Source of the DNA: a virus
Lineage: Duplodnaviria > Caudoviricetes
Virus record (IMG/VR): IMGVR_UViG_3300031994_000004
DNA length: 64,000 nucleotides
Direction: 5' to 3' (one strand)
This document shows, piece after piece, positions 11,156 through 21,120 of this stretch (the stretch's first letter is position 1; each line of letters begins with the position of its first letter). Under the pieces are notes generated by a model that saw only the letters and a program-made list of their open reading frames with translations, was not told the DNA's origin and searched no databases. The position numbers and the translations under genes are program-made.

Positions 11156-11559
11156 TGACCTTTGAAGAATTTGAACTCAAATTTGCGGAACTTGTAGCCA
11201 AATATGGTTTCGTAAAGGATACTTGGCATTATGGCTGGAAACCAGATAAGGACTATTATGTGAACAGAACTGAATTGCCTGGTAAGCCAGACGCATTTGT
11301 CAGTTATTATTATAACCCAAAGAGCAAGAAGAAGTTGTATGTAGATTTCAATTCTGTGCTATACTATATCGCACCAACTGGTATGGATTCTTTCACTTCT
11401 AAGGACCATAGTTTGAATTATAAAGATTGCGACCAATTCAAGTGGGATAATTTTGAACGCTGGCTCAACTGTCAAAGTGAAACCATTTCAACTGCTCGCA
11501 GATTGAGTAAAGAAAAGAAAGAAAAGAAGAAGCTCAAAGAACTCAAAAAGGATTTCTAA
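11155..11559 (+). CDS. DF-tail family protein
   Basis: Starts MTFEEF, ends KLKELKKDF. Confidence 0.8.
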   Translation: MTFEEFELKFAELVAKYGFVKDTWHYGWKPDKDYYVNRTELPGKPDAFVSYYYNPKSKKKLYVDFNSVLYYIAPTGMDSFTSKDHSLNYKDCDQFKWDNFERWLNCQSETISTARRLSKEKKEKKKLKELKKDF

Positions 11560-11876
11560 TGAATTTTAATGAATTTGCAAGTTGGTTAAATTCGTATTTG
11601 ACTGAAAAAGGATATAAGCTTAATTCCGATAATGAAAATCGTCAATACTATTTAGATGCATTTTCATATTTTTGGATTTCTTATAAAGGCCGTATAATTT
11701 ATTTTCATAGAGAGTATTCGTCTTTTCATTGGTCTTATTTGGATTTTAATACTTGTCCACATCCTGATATAGAAGTTTATATGAATTTGTTTAAGAAACT
11801 TGCAAACGAATTTATGGTTAAAGAAAAACAAAGGATAATGCAAGTAAAACAGAGAAAACTAAACGAGGATTTCTAA
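11559..11876 (+). CDS. DF-tail family protein (paralog of 12253 and 12588)
   Basis: Ends KQRKLNEDF. Confidence 0.8.
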   Translation: MNFNEFASWLNSYLTEKGYKLNSDNENRQYYLDAFSYFWISYKGRIIYFHREYSSFHWSYLDFNTCPHPDIEVYMNLFKKLANEFMVKEKQRIMQVKQRKLNEDF

Positions 11877-12253
11877 TGAATTACCAGGAATTTTATGACA
11901 AAATGAACGAATTTGCTGACCTGATGGGTTTGGGCATTAGGCACACAAAAGAAAATGTGTTTGTCTATGTTAATTTGTTTCCATTGAACATTGAACTTGG
12001 TAAGTTTCCAGGTCGCCCTGAAGATGTTAAGCGTCTTTGGGAATTTGTTAGTGTTCGTTTCACTCAGCCGAATTTTCACGAAATCGGCTATGTGGATAGA
12101 AACCTGGAATGGCATTTTAAGGAATTTAATGACAATGTAATTCCTGAACGAATACTTAATGAGATTAAGAACAATTACGCTGATGCTCTTGTTGCTATTA
12201 AGTCAATTCCACTACAAAAGAAACTAGAAAGTATAAAGAAGGATTTTAAATAA
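11876..12253 (+). CDS. DF-tail family protein
   Basis: Ends KLESIKKDFK. Confidence 0.8.
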   Translation: MNYQEFYDKMNEFADLMGLGIRHTKENVFVYVNLFPLNIELGKFPGRPEDVKRLWEFVSVRFTQPNFHEIGYVDRNLEWHFKEFNDNVIPERILNEIKNNYADALVAIKSIPLQKKLESIKKDFK

Positions 12254-12588
12254 TGGCTGTGAATGATATAACTGATTTTAAAAAGTGTGCCAAAAAATTT
12301 GATACTCTGCTTAAAAATCTTGGTTACAAGACAGAATGTAGAGATGGTGAAGTTAATTACTATCTAGGGCACTATCCTGAGAAGTTCATCATCAGTTATC
12401 ATACAATGGTTATTCATTTTCACAGGTCCTTATTCTCTTGGTGGGAAATGATGGATTTCTATGCTGAACGCCCAGGTTCGTATAAACCTGATTATGAACT
12501 TTTAACTAAATGTGCTGAAAAAGTTTTACAAGATTATAAAAAAGAAATTTTAAAAAATAAAATGAAACAAATTAAAAAGGATTTCTAA
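12253..12588 (+). CDS. DF-tail family protein
   Basis: Ends KMKQIKKDF. Confidence 0.8.
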   Translation: MAVNDITDFKKCAKKFDTLLKNLGYKTECRDGEVNYYLGHYPEKFIISYHTMVIHFHRSLFSWWEMMDFYAERPGSYKPDYELLTKCAEKVLQDYKKEILKNKMKQIKKDF

Positions 12589-12920
12589 TGACAAATGAAG
12601 AACAGAACTGGTATACTTTTGCCAGTAAATTAAATTCATTTTTGATTGACAAAGGGTATAAAATGGAATACTCTAATAATTGTCGGCAGTATTGTTTGGA
12701 TAATGTGCCTCATTTTATAATAAACTATGATGATCAGTTCATCCATTTTACTCAAGATTTATATTCAATGTGGTATAGAATGCGATTTGATAATAATCTG
12801 AGTAATGGAGATTATGCTCCTGATTTTGAATTACTTACTCATTTTGCAGACGAAATGTTAATGCAGTATAAGCAACGAATATATGTAAACAAACTAATAA
12901 GGATTCAAAATGACTTTTGA
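12588..12920 (+). CDS. DF-tail family protein
   Basis: Ends KLIRIQNDF. Confidence 0.8.
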   Translation: MTNEEQNWYTFASKLNSFLIDKGYKMEYSNNCRQYCLDNVPHFIINYDDQFIHFTQDLYSMWYRMRFDNNLSNGDYAPDFELLTHFADEMLMQYKQRIYVNKLIRIQNDF

Positions 12921-13368
12921 AGGATTTATGTTAGAACTTGGTAAAGAATGGCCGACACCTTTGTTATTTTTGGTGTTGTTTTTTGGACTTTGTGTATTTC
13001 TGTTAAGAATGAAAACCAAAATGACAGAGTTTAAAGACGCTGACGGAAAGAAAATTCAGGAACAACTGCGAGAACTGTTAGAAAAATATGGTAACAATGA
13101 TTTTGTTTGTTTTGCTGGTTTAACTCCTTGGATAACGATTGGGCAACAGTTTCTTGTTAGAGTTGAGCCACAGGGGTATTCGTTTTTAACTGAGTATCTG
13201 TTTAGACCTAGGTTCAAATATGTTCTAGGGTATCTTTACAAAAACAGAGGTAAAGCACAGAAAATCGGTGTTTATACAGACCTGGAAAAATTGGTTCACG
13301 ATTATGTAAAAGTCAAGAAGGATTTTCAGGTAAAAGAAAAGTTACAGAAAATGGACGAAGATTTCTAG
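12910..13368 (+). CDS. DF-tail family protein with N-terminal TM helix
   Basis: LLFLVLFFGLCVFLL; ends KLQKMDEDF. Confidence 0.8.
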   Translation: MTFEGFMLELGKEWPTPLLFLVLFFGLCVFLLRMKTKMTEFKDADGKKIQEQLRELLEKYGNNDFVCFAGLTPWITIGQQFLVRVEPQGYSFLTEYLFRPRFKYVLGYLYKNRGKAQKIGVYTDLEKLVHDYVKVKKDFQVKEKLQKMDEDF

Positions 13369-13371
13369 TCT

Positions 13372-13437
13372 TGTAAACATTATTTTACATTATTATGCGG
13401 TTTGTCTATTGACAAACTGCATTTTTATTTCTATATT
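13372..13437 (+). promoter_or_regulatory. Early promoter cassette
   Basis: Box 13372-13389, TTGACA 13409, TATATT 13432, hairpin over the -35. Confidence 0.85.
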
Positions 13438-13465
13438 ATAGTATAGAAAAAAGAGAGGTAACACT

Positions 13466-13801
13466 ATGACTTGTTATGTAGAAGTTTGGGAATCCAAAGA
13501 AGATTACGAATACGCCCGAAATTACAATGGAAACGGTGAAAATCCGAAGGAACCAAAGTTTGTGTTTGCGTATGACAATTTCAAGTGGATGGAAAAGTAC
13601 ATTTCTAACCACCCGAAATTTTGGGAAATTTGGGAATTGTTCCAGATGGCAGCTGATGGTTGCCGAGTGGTTGAAAATGAAAGATGGAAGGGACCGCATC
13701 CTGACCACGATAATTTGAAATTTATGGAAAAGGATTTTTGGAAGCTCACAGAAATTCCGATTGGCAGTAATTACATCGGTGTGTGCTACATTAACAAGTA
13801 G
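13466..13801 (+). CDS. Hypothetical early protein
   Basis: GAGAGGT SD, first gene after promoter. Confidence 0.75.
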   Translation: MTCYVEVWESKEDYEYARNYNGNGENPKEPKFVFAYDNFKWMEKYISNHPKFWEIWELFQMAADGCRVVENERWKGPHPDHDNLKFMEKDFWKLTEIPIGSNYIGVCYINK

Positions 13802-13806
13802 GATTT

Positions 13807-14187
13807 ATGACTAGAGAAGAATTTTTAGATACAGTCGCTAAATTTGGTTTGGGGCATAATGAATATGATGATTTCATTGAAGTCAAAATCAAAAGTCGCT
13901 ATGGTAAAGCTATTACACTAATGGAATACTGTAAGAAGTCTAAGTATTCTGCCCAGTATGCCTGGTTTTGCGAACAAGAAGGTGAAGTTACCATCTATTT
14001 TCCGCAAAGAGTTCTCAGCGTGGATGGTTACCTTGTGGAGATTGAACAGGGCGACCTTATGAAGAACGAACAACATAAACGATTTAGCAAACAAACTAAA
14101 TTGGAACGAACCCTAAAGGAAGTAATAGAACAACTCAAATCCTGGCGTCAGGAAATTAAACTAACAGAAGTGGAGTGGGATTTTTAA
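13807..14187 (+). CDS. DF-tail family protein
   Basis: Starts MTREEF, ends KLTEVEWDF. Confidence 0.8.
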   Translation: MTREEFLDTVAKFGLGHNEYDDFIEVKIKSRYGKAITLMEYCKKSKYSAQYAWFCEQEGEVTIYFPQRVLSVDGYLVEIEQGDLMKNEQHKRFSKQTKLERTLKEVIEQLKSWRQEIKLTEVEWDF

Positions 14188-14534
14188 TGTTTGAAAATTT
14201 TGAAAAATTTTTGCAAGACAAATTTAGAAATTCACCCAACAAGATGGATTTTGACGAAATGAATGCTGTCATCGCAAAATTTGGATTGACTGAGCAGAAG
14301 TTTCTGTCTGGTAAACTGTATTATCTGTATAATCGTGAAGTGGTTTATTGTCCTGAAGACCATAGAATCGGCAGAGCATACTCACTGTATCCTGATGGTG
14401 TAATTGACTTTGAAGACGAATACACCAGTATAGATAAGCTAGAAAAGTTCTTAATGAAGAAAACGAAAGAAATTAAGGACATTAAAGCAGATTTGCGAAT
14501 GATTAAGATGAAGGAAGATTTTGACGAATGTTGA
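14187..14534 (+). CDS. DF-tail family protein
   Basis: TAATG start at 14187; ends RMIKMKEDFDEC. Confidence 0.75.
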   Translation: MFENFEKFLQDKFRNSPNKMDFDEMNAVIAKFGLTEQKFLSGKLYYLYNREVVYCPEDHRIGRAYSLYPDGVIDFEDEYTSIDKLEKFLMKKTKEIKDIKADLRMIKMKEDFDEC

Positions 14535-14893
14535 GCCTTGACGAATTTGTTGCGTTGTGTAAGCAGTATTGTCCTGAGTGGGAACATTATGAAGATTGGG
14601 ATGATGGCGAATACTGGGTCAGTTTCACACATCTCAGTGATTATGCTATTTGTATGTACCAGTATACGGATAATAAAATCTTTATGCCACAAGCAATAAT
14701 TTATGAAAATGGCGAATGTGTTGCTGCCAATGATGATGGAATTCAACCAAAGACCTGGGATGAACATATTATAATAAATGTTGAAGACGCAGACGCAAAG
14801 GACAGATTTATTAAGTGTCTAATCAAATTACATCAGGACTACAAACAAATTCAACAGGACCTTAAACTAACGAAAATTAAAGAGGATTTCTAA
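14528..14893 (+). CDS. DF-tail family protein
   Basis: Ends KLTKIKEDF. Confidence 0.8.
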   Translation: MLSLDEFVALCKQYCPEWEHYEDWDDGEYWVSFTHLSDYAICMYQYTDNKIFMPQAIIYENGECVAANDDGIQPKTWDEHIIINVEDADAKDRFIKCLIKLHQDYKQIQQDLKLTKIKEDF

Positions 14894-15174
14894 TGGAAGA
14901 ACTGATGAAGTCATTTGGTTTATTTCATGACGAAGATTATTATTGGTTTGTTACAGAAGAAGATCATGTGAGAGGCAATTTTCTTGTGATTACTTATCCT
15001 GACCGAATTATTGTACACAAAACAATACAAGTAATTGAAAACAAAATCTATTATAGTAATTTGTTTGAAGTTTTTGGATATGAAAATGCAAAAGAAACTG
15101 TTGCTCGTTTATTGCGAGAAACAAAAGAAAAGTTAACTGAAATGCGTTTGGAAAAGATACAAAGGGATTTCTAA
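14893..15174 (+). CDS. DF-tail family protein
   Basis: Ends RLEKIQRDF. Confidence 0.8.
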   Translation: MEELMKSFGLFHDEDYYWFVTEEDHVRGNFLVITYPDRIIVHKTIQVIENKIYYSNLFEVFGYENAKETVARLLRETKEKLTEMRLEKIQRDF

Positions 15175-15494
15175 TGATTACTTGGGATGAATACAAAGAA
15201 TTGGTAACAAGATACAATTTGGAACCGAATTCTTTCAATACTGGATTTAGACCAAATGGAGAACCTGAACAACATTCACTTCCACATTTGCCAAAATATG
15301 GAAAGTACCAAGGAAAACGATGCGCAGTTTACCACGATAAATTTGGTGCCAGAGTTCGTAAAGATTTGGATTGTTGGTACACATGGTTACTAACAAAAGA
15401 AGAAATGGAAGAAGCACTAAATGAAATGTTTAAATTTTTGAAGGACGAACAAATTAAAGAAAAACTTAATGATGCAAGGAGTGATTTCGTATGA
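15174..15494 (+). CDS. DF-tail family protein
   Basis: Ends KLNDARSDFV. Confidence 0.8.
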   Translation: MITWDEYKELVTRYNLEPNSFNTGFRPNGEPEQHSLPHLPKYGKYQGKRCAVYHDKFGARVRKDLDCWYTWLLTKEEMEEALNEMFKFLKDEQIKEKLNDARSDFV

Positions 15495-15979
15495 GTACAG
15501 ACCTTATTAGATATATTGGGTTAGTTATTGGAGTTCTGACATTCTTTTCAATTTGCCGTAGATTTTATCTTGATTGGCGAACTGATAAGTGGCACGAACT
15601 AACAAGTATCAGTTGGGATGAAACTTATACTACGCTTGAAAATGTTTTGCTTGCTTGGACTGATACAGAAATTGCAAGTCACATTACTGATGGTGATGTT
15701 GAATGCGGACATTTCTTTATTGAAGTAGACAAAATTAAATTTAAGATTACTCTCGGCAAACATCCTATCAAAAGTTGGAAAGAATACAGAAAGTATAAGA
15801 AAGAAAATAATACATTCTACTATCTTAATACAGTTGGAACTTTAAACACTAAATCAAAAATTATTGCCCGTTATGAAACATTGGAAGATTTTATTTCGGA
15901 ATTTCCGAAAATATCTTCTCTCTATGTAAAGCAGGGTAAGACTGAAAAAAGAATAGACAAACTAATGGAGGACTTCTAA
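15491..15979 (+). CDS. DF-tail family protein with N-terminal TM helix
   Basis: YIGLVIGVLTFFSIC; ends RIDKLMEDF. Confidence 0.8.
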   Translation: MSTDLIRYIGLVIGVLTFFSICRRFYLDWRTDKWHELTSISWDETYTTLENVLLAWTDTEIASHITDGDVECGHFFIEVDKIKFKITLGKHPIKSWKEYRKYKKENNTFYYLNTVGTLNTKSKIIARYETLEDFISEFPKISSLYVKQGKTEKRIDKLMEDF

Positions 15980-16350
15980 TGACTAGAAATGAAATTCTAA
16001 CTCACATTCACAACCACCCGAAGATGCATCATTTGCTGGCCAGCATTTACCAGCACGAAGATTATACTTGGGCGAAAGAAAGTGGACTAAATGCATCTGC
16101 GTGTTTGTTTATTGACAATAACGAACACAACGGTGACTTGGTTGTAACAACTGGTGCTGGAGACAGAAGTCCAGACAGTGATTTCTTGAAAACACACAAT
16201 AAGTATTACCATCCTAACGAACTTACTCCTGAAAAGATAGACCAGATCATTGCAGAAGACATTCCTGAGTTGTACAAATTAACAATGAAGGATGTTACAG
16301 ATTATCTTGAAAGTAATAAAATAAAATCTTTGAATAAGGACTTTGAATAA
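15979..16350 (+). CDS. DF-tail family protein
   Basis: Ends KIKSLNKDFE. Confidence 0.8.
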   Translation: MTRNEILTHIHNHPKMHHLLASIYQHEDYTWAKESGLNASACLFIDNNEHNGDLVVTTGAGDRSPDSDFLKTHNKYYHPNELTPEKIDQIIAEDIPELYKLTMKDVTDYLESNKIKSLNKDFE

Positions 16351-16832
16351 TGGATGGGTTTTTCGTTGGAATGCTGTTTATGTTATTCGTGTTATTAGTG
16401 CTGGTAATTTTTGGTGTAATTTTTGCTGCCGCAGTCTATTTTTCAGACATTGGGACTAAGTCAAAACCACCATTTGAACCATACATAACTGAAGACGAAC
16501 AGAATGCATTTGTGGCCCGATTTAAGTCATTTGCTTTTGACGAAATGCCACAGTTTATGTATGGACTTAGAAACATACCGCCTAGAAGCATTCAAATGCA
16601 GTTTTCGCATCAGTCCAGGTGTTATATAAATGTAACGAAAGATATAAACAAAAAATGTTTTAAGTATGAAGTCAAATACAAGAAAACTGTGATAAAAACA
16701 TTTGACGATTGGGGAGAAGTCGGTGATTATTGTTGGAATTTAAATATAAGTTATAGAGATAACCCTGATTTGGTTTTAAAGACATTGGAAGTTGAAAAAC
16801 GAGAAGCTTTAGCAGCAGGAGATTTTGATTGA
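16350..16832 (+). CDS. DF-tail family protein with N-terminal TM helix
   Basis: Long hydrophobic N-terminus; ends REALAAGDFD. Confidence 0.8.
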   Translation: MDGFFVGMLFMLFVLLVLVIFGVIFAAAVYFSDIGTKSKPPFEPYITEDEQNAFVARFKSFAFDEMPQFMYGLRNIPPRSIQMQFSHQSRCYINVTKDINKKCFKYEVKYKKTVIKTFDDWGEVGDYCWNLNISYRDNPDLVLKTLEVEKREALAAGDFD

Positions 16833-17149
16833 GAAAATTTAAAAACTTAGATGGAACTGTATTCCAGAACGAATATGGTTTACTTACATCAAATGCTTTT
16901 GAAGTATTAAATAATACTCTCGGCAAAGAATATGGCAGACTCAAAATTTTCGGTACAGCCGTTGATTTGGTCAGTGAAAATTTTGAAATTATAGAAGATA
17001 ACAAAAGAAAAAGTCATTACAGTTATAATCGTGACTATGTTATTGAGCATTTTAATAAGATAACAAAAATGTATTATGACCTGTTGGAATTGAGAAAGAA
17101 AATAAATTACAAAAAGAAACTTAAAAATATAAAGAACGATTTTAAATAG
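16829..17149 (+). CDS. DF-tail family protein
   Basis: TTG start overlapping previous TGA; ends KLKNIKNDFK. Confidence 0.7.
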   Translation: MRKFKNLDGTVFQNEYGLLTSNAFEVLNNTLGKEYGRLKIFGTAVDLVSENFEIIEDNKRKSHYSYNRDYVIEHFNKITKMYYDLLELRKKINYKKKLKNIKNDFK

Positions 17150-17152
17150 TTT

Positions 17153-17218
17153 TGTAAACATTATTTTACACATTTTTACCATAAATCCATTGACAGAAAC
17201 AGTGGATTTTTCTATATT
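17153..17218 (+). promoter_or_regulatory. Early promoter cassette
   Basis: Box 17153-17170, TTGACA 17190, TATATT 17213, hairpin over the -35. Confidence 0.85.
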
Positions 17219-17245
17219 TTACTTGTAAAGAAAAAGAGGTTAAAT

Positions 17246-18364
17246 ATGAGCAATAAAACACGAATTTCCGAACTTGAAAAAGAAATTAAGAAGAACCAGG
17301 AACTCTATTACAACAATAAGCCGGTCATTTCCGATATGGAATTTGATGCCCTGGTTGATGAACTTTCCAAGCTTGATCCGGAAAATCCGCTGCTCACAAC
17401 TGTGGTTGGTTCTGACCACACAGAAGGTTTCAAGAAAGTTACCCACAACATTGTTATGGGTTCTCAGTCAAAAGCAAATACTGAACCGGAAATGAACGCC
17501 TGGATCCGCACTATTGACCCGTCTATGGTGCTTGGCTCCTTCAAGATGGATGGAAATTCTGTTTGCTTGACTTACAAGAATGGTAAATTGGTGCGAGCTG
17601 CGTCCCGTGGTGATGGTTACACTGGGGATGACATTACAGAAAATGTGAAGAAGATGAATTTCGTCCCGCAGAAGTTGGTGGATGATTTTACTGGTGATGT
17701 TCGTGGTGAAGTGTTGCTCTCTCGCAAAAATAAGAAGAAGTATTTCCCTGAATTTAAGAACTGCCGTAATGGTGCTAGTGGTGTTATGAAGCACCTGGAT
17801 GGTGCTGGTTGTGAACATTTGGATGTTGTTTGCTATGATGCTCAATACTATTCCAAAACTGAAGAATTTGGTACTCAGCAGAATCTCGTTTCTTTCCTTG
17901 AACGCAACGGCTTTAAGGCTGCGGAATACCGCTTTTTCAAGAATCTTACTGGTAAGGCCGCTATGGACTACCTTAAAGAAGTCTTTGACGATTTTGATAA
18001 TCTTGAATATGACATTGACGGTATCGTTTGGAAGCAGAACTCCATTGACATGAACGATATGCGAACAAACGAACGTCCGAAGACCAACATCGCCCTCAAG
18101 CCGGCTAAGGTTTTCAAAGAAACGATTTTGGAAAACATTGAATGGCAGGTCCGAAATGGAACACTCACTCCTGTTGCTGTATTGCGTCCAGTAGAACTTC
18201 AGGGAGCAACGATTAGCCGAGCATCTCTCTGTAACATCGCTTGTTTGGAACAGATGGGAATTGAAATCGGACACAAGGTAATGATTTGCCGCTGTGGTAT
18301 GATTATTCCGAAGATTATCAAGGACATTAACACTGGCAAATATGCCGAAGGTTACGAACTTTAA
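17246..18364 (+). CDS. ligA: NAD-dependent DNA ligase, N-terminal subunit (Ia, adenylation and OB domains)
   Basis: YYNNKPVISDMEFD, KMDG adenylation motif, SRGDGYTGDDIT, DIDGIV, GTLTPVA, RASLCN; stops after the OB fold. Confidence 0.92.
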   Translation: MSNKTRISELEKEIKKNQELYYNNKPVISDMEFDALVDELSKLDPENPLLTTVVGSDHTEGFKKVTHNIVMGSQSKANTEPEMNAWIRTIDPSMVLGSFKMDGNSVCLTYKNGKLVRAASRGDGYTGDDITENVKKMNFVPQKLVDDFTGDVRGEVLLSRKNKKKYFPEFKNCRNGASGVMKHLDGAGCEHLDVVCYDAQYYSKTEEFGTQQNLVSFLERNGFKAAEYRFFKNLTGKAAMDYLKEVFDDFDNLEYDIDGIVWKQNSIDMNDMRTNERPKTNIALKPAKVFKETILENIEWQVRNGTLTPVAVLRPVELQGATISRASLCNIACLEQMGIEIGHKVMICRCGMIIPKIIKDINTGKYAEGYEL

Positions 18365-18379
18365 TTCAGGAGAATTAAA

Positions 18380-18592
18380 ATGAATTGGTCAGATTGGCTT
18401 GACGATGTGTGGGTGGAATTTGTAAAATGCGAAGGTGGTGCAGTTACTATGGCCGACAAACCGATTTATTTTCCACCAAATGTTTACACAAATCCACAGG
18501 ATGATGATTTAGTAGGTCATCTATACGATTGGTATAATGCTGGTATGAGTTCAAAACTAGCTGCTGAACAGATGGGTTATATTGAGACTTAA
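18380..18592 (+). CDS. Hypothetical protein
   Basis: AGGAG SD. Confidence 0.7.
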   Translation: MNWSDWLDDVWVEFVKCEGGAVTMADKPIYFPPNVYTNPQDDDLVGHLYDWYNAGMSSKLAAEQMGYIET

Positions 18593-18594
18593 TT

Positions 18595-18891
18595 ATGGGT
18601 ATTTTTAAACAACTATACAAAACATTTGTGTCTGACCCACAGAAAAAGCAGGAACTGTTAGATTGGTTAGTGGAACACGATACGCCTGAGTATCATAAGA
18701 ATCCGCTACCAGTTGGTTACGAAGCTAACAGATTGTTGTATGAAGAAATGGAATCTGTGGAAAGTTTGGAACAACAGAAGCAACAGATGCTGAATTATTA
18801 CACACGAAATAAACCTTTGGATTTGAACAAGAAGGAAGATAAGGACATTTATTTGCAAAGACGCTTGGAAAAAATCCAGGAGGATTTCTAA
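18595..18891 (+). CDS. DF-tail family protein
   Basis: Ends RLEKIQEDF. Confidence 0.8.
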   Translation: MGIFKQLYKTFVSDPQKKQELLDWLVEHDTPEYHKNPLPVGYEANRLLYEEMESVESLEQQKQQMLNYYTRNKPLDLNKKEDKDIYLQRRLEKIQEDF

Positions 18892-19094
18892 TGTTTGTTG
18901 TTACATTTGCTGCTAAACCTGCAAAAGATTTTCCAACATTAGATGCTGCTGCCCAATTTATGACTACAGTTAGTTATGGATTTATACGCTGCACAGATCC
19001 AAATGGAGATGACTGCTCTATTGCCTTGTGCCAACTTATTGTAAAGAAACTTAAAAATAATAACAGATTAAATGATTTAAAAGAGGACTTCTAA
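18891..19094 (+). CDS. DF-tail family protein
   Basis: Ends RLNDLKEDF. Confidence 0.75.
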   Translation: MFVVTFAAKPAKDFPTLDAAAQFMTTVSYGFIRCTDPNGDDCSIALCQLIVKKLKNNNRLNDLKEDF

Positions 19095-19615
19095 TGAAAG
19101 CAATTTACGCCGGTTCATTTAACCCACTTCACGCTGGACACATTGACATTCTTAAAAGGGCAATCAAGCTCTTTGGTGATGTTACTTTGGTATTAGCAGT
19201 TAACCCAGGAAAGACTTATATTTCGGCAGAAAGGCGTAAAGAAACTTACGAATGGCTTTTCAAAGAAATCGGACTGAATGTAAAGATTGAAATTCTCTCG
19301 GCATATAAGTTGCTCGCAGATTACTGCGATGAAAATGGTGTAACTCACATTGTTAAAGGTCTAAGGAACGGAACTGACCTTGATAGTGAAATGGCACAGG
19401 AATGGTACACGAAGGGACTTAACCCAAATGTAGAAACTGTGTATTTCACCACAAATAACACACATCGTTTTCTGTCTTCGTCCAGCATCAAGGCCTTTGC
19501 CAAAATGGATAAAGAAGGTTTCATTAACTATATGAAGAAAGTAAACAGTATTGAAGGAGCAAAAGCCACAGTTGTTGAAACATATCTTGACTGGGTGTGG
19601 AGGAATGTGCAGTGA
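19094..19615 (+). CDS. coaD: Phosphopantetheine adenylyltransferase
   Basis: AIYAGSFNPLHAGHIDI, AVNPGK, IVKGLRNGTDLDSE, ETVYF, LSSSSIK. Confidence 0.85.
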   Translation: MKAIYAGSFNPLHAGHIDILKRAIKLFGDVTLVLAVNPGKTYISAERRKETYEWLFKEIGLNVKIEILSAYKLLADYCDENGVTHIVKGLRNGTDLDSEMAQEWYTKGLNPNVETVYFTTNNTHRFLSSSSIKAFAKMDKEGFINYMKKVNSIEGAKATVVETYLDWVWRNVQ

Positions 19616-20133
19616 ATTTAACTGATAATGTAAAAAACATAAGAGCTGATTTTGACAAAGCTCGTAAGAATATGGACTATATGGAAAAAGGACTTCAGTT
19701 CGTGGAATCATATTTTACGGACAAGAATTTTCCTGGATGGTGTTGGAGAATTTACACCCGTGGAACATTCCAAAATAGACCTTATTTTGAAATTCAAGGA
19801 AATTCTCACATTCCAAGTATGAACTGTTCACAGTACGCAACTATTTGTTTGAAATATAACTGTTGTAATAAAACTGGTGCAGTTCTAGTCATTCAAGACC
19901 TTGCTCCTGAAATGAATGCTTGGAGTTTGGACTGGGCAGATAAACAAGCATACTGTAATGAAATGGATCCGATTTTTAAATCATTTGAAGGAATGAAGTT
20001 CAAAAATCCTGATCCGTTCATTCCGCAAATTGCGAAAATTCTTACTGACATTAAGAAAAAAGAAGATGTCAATAATGGAGCACTTCAACTTAAATCACTA
20101 ATCAAACAAATTCAACTTAAAAAGGACTTCTAA
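19612..20133 (+). CDS. DF-tail family protein
   Basis: Probable GTG start overlapping the coaD stop; ends QIQLKKDF. Confidence 0.75.
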   Translation: MNLTDNVKNIRADFDKARKNMDYMEKGLQFVESYFTDKNFPGWCWRIYTRGTFQNRPYFEIQGNSHIPSMNCSQYATICLKYNCCNKTGAVLVIQDLAPEMNAWSLDWADKQAYCNEMDPIFKSFEGMKFKNPDPFIPQIAKILTDIKKKEDVNNGALQLKSLIKQIQLKKDF

Positions 20134-20625
20134 ATGGCACACGAAAAAATTTTTAAAACTGTGGAAGAAGCCCAGGCGTTTATTCAACCCTGGATTGACA
20201 AGGTTTCAGCTGATTTGGGCTGTGGTGTAGAACCATACAGTTACAATGATGGCTATTATATGTCTGGTGGGCAAAATGTTGGTGACTGGTTTTATGGTGC
20301 GAATTTAAAGTATCTCGGATATAATTTGGGGACTATAATGATGCAGTACCAGTATGGTTATGATAGGGACACTAAAGAATCGTGGAAATATGACCCGTAT
20401 GTTCAGTTATCATTACAAACAAAAGTAACATTTACAATGAAATCTACATTTACTAAGTCAAATATGCGACACGATATAAACATTAAACTGAATGTTAGCC
20501 GACAGATGTCTACATCAGATAAAGATTACAAGAAGTTCATTGACTGGGCAAAGCTCATTATGAAACAACTAAAGACTGCGGAAGCTAAAAAGCGAAAGTT
20601 CCAGGCCGATGTTGACTTTGAATAA
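20134..20625 (+). CDS. DF-tail family protein
   Basis: Ends RKFQADVDFE. Confidence 0.75.
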   Translation: MAHEKIFKTVEEAQAFIQPWIDKVSADLGCGVEPYSYNDGYYMSGGQNVGDWFYGANLKYLGYNLGTIMMQYQYGYDRDTKESWKYDPYVQLSLQTKVTFTMKSTFTKSNMRHDINIKLNVSRQMSTSDKDYKKFIDWAKLIMKQLKTAEAKKRKFQADVDFE

Positions 20626-20634
20626 GGAGCAACT

Positions 20635-21120
20635 ATGACAAATAAAGAGAAAAAAGAAAAGGTAGAACAAATTAACGAAAAGTTCCGTTCTCTTTTGGAA
20701 CAGTATGCGGATCAACTTAGGAATACTGGACTTATTGTAGATTGGTTCCCTGATGAAGATTACCCAGATTGTTCTTCATTTTCTTGCTGTCTATCTAAAA
20801 ACGATTTGGACGAAGGCGATGAGTTTATCAGTGTTTGTTTAACTGCTCCTGAAATGGATTGGGAACATCCTGAACTATACGATCTGGATAAATACACACC
20901 AATAATTTATTTCAATCTTGAAAGTAAAATTAGTGAAATCAAAGATACTTCAATTACCAAAACTGGTATTAAAATCAAAACAAAGTATAAATTTAGCAAC
21001 AGTAAAGAATACAAAGAAAAGGATTTTAAAACTGTACTTGAATGGGCGAAATATATTGTACAGAAAGTAAAGGACCTTAAGCAACAAGAAAAGATTAACA
21101 AAATGCAGGCGGATTTCTAA
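20635..21120 (+). CDS. DF-tail family protein
   Basis: Ends KINKMQADF. Confidence 0.8.
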   Translation: MTNKEKKEKVEQINEKFRSLLEQYADQLRNTGLIVDWFPDEDYPDCSSFSCCLSKNDLDEGDEFISVCLTAPEMDWEHPELYDLDKYTPIIYFNLESKISEIKDTSITKTGIKIKTKYKFSNSKEYKEKDFKTVLEWAKYIVQKVKDLKQQEKINKMQADF

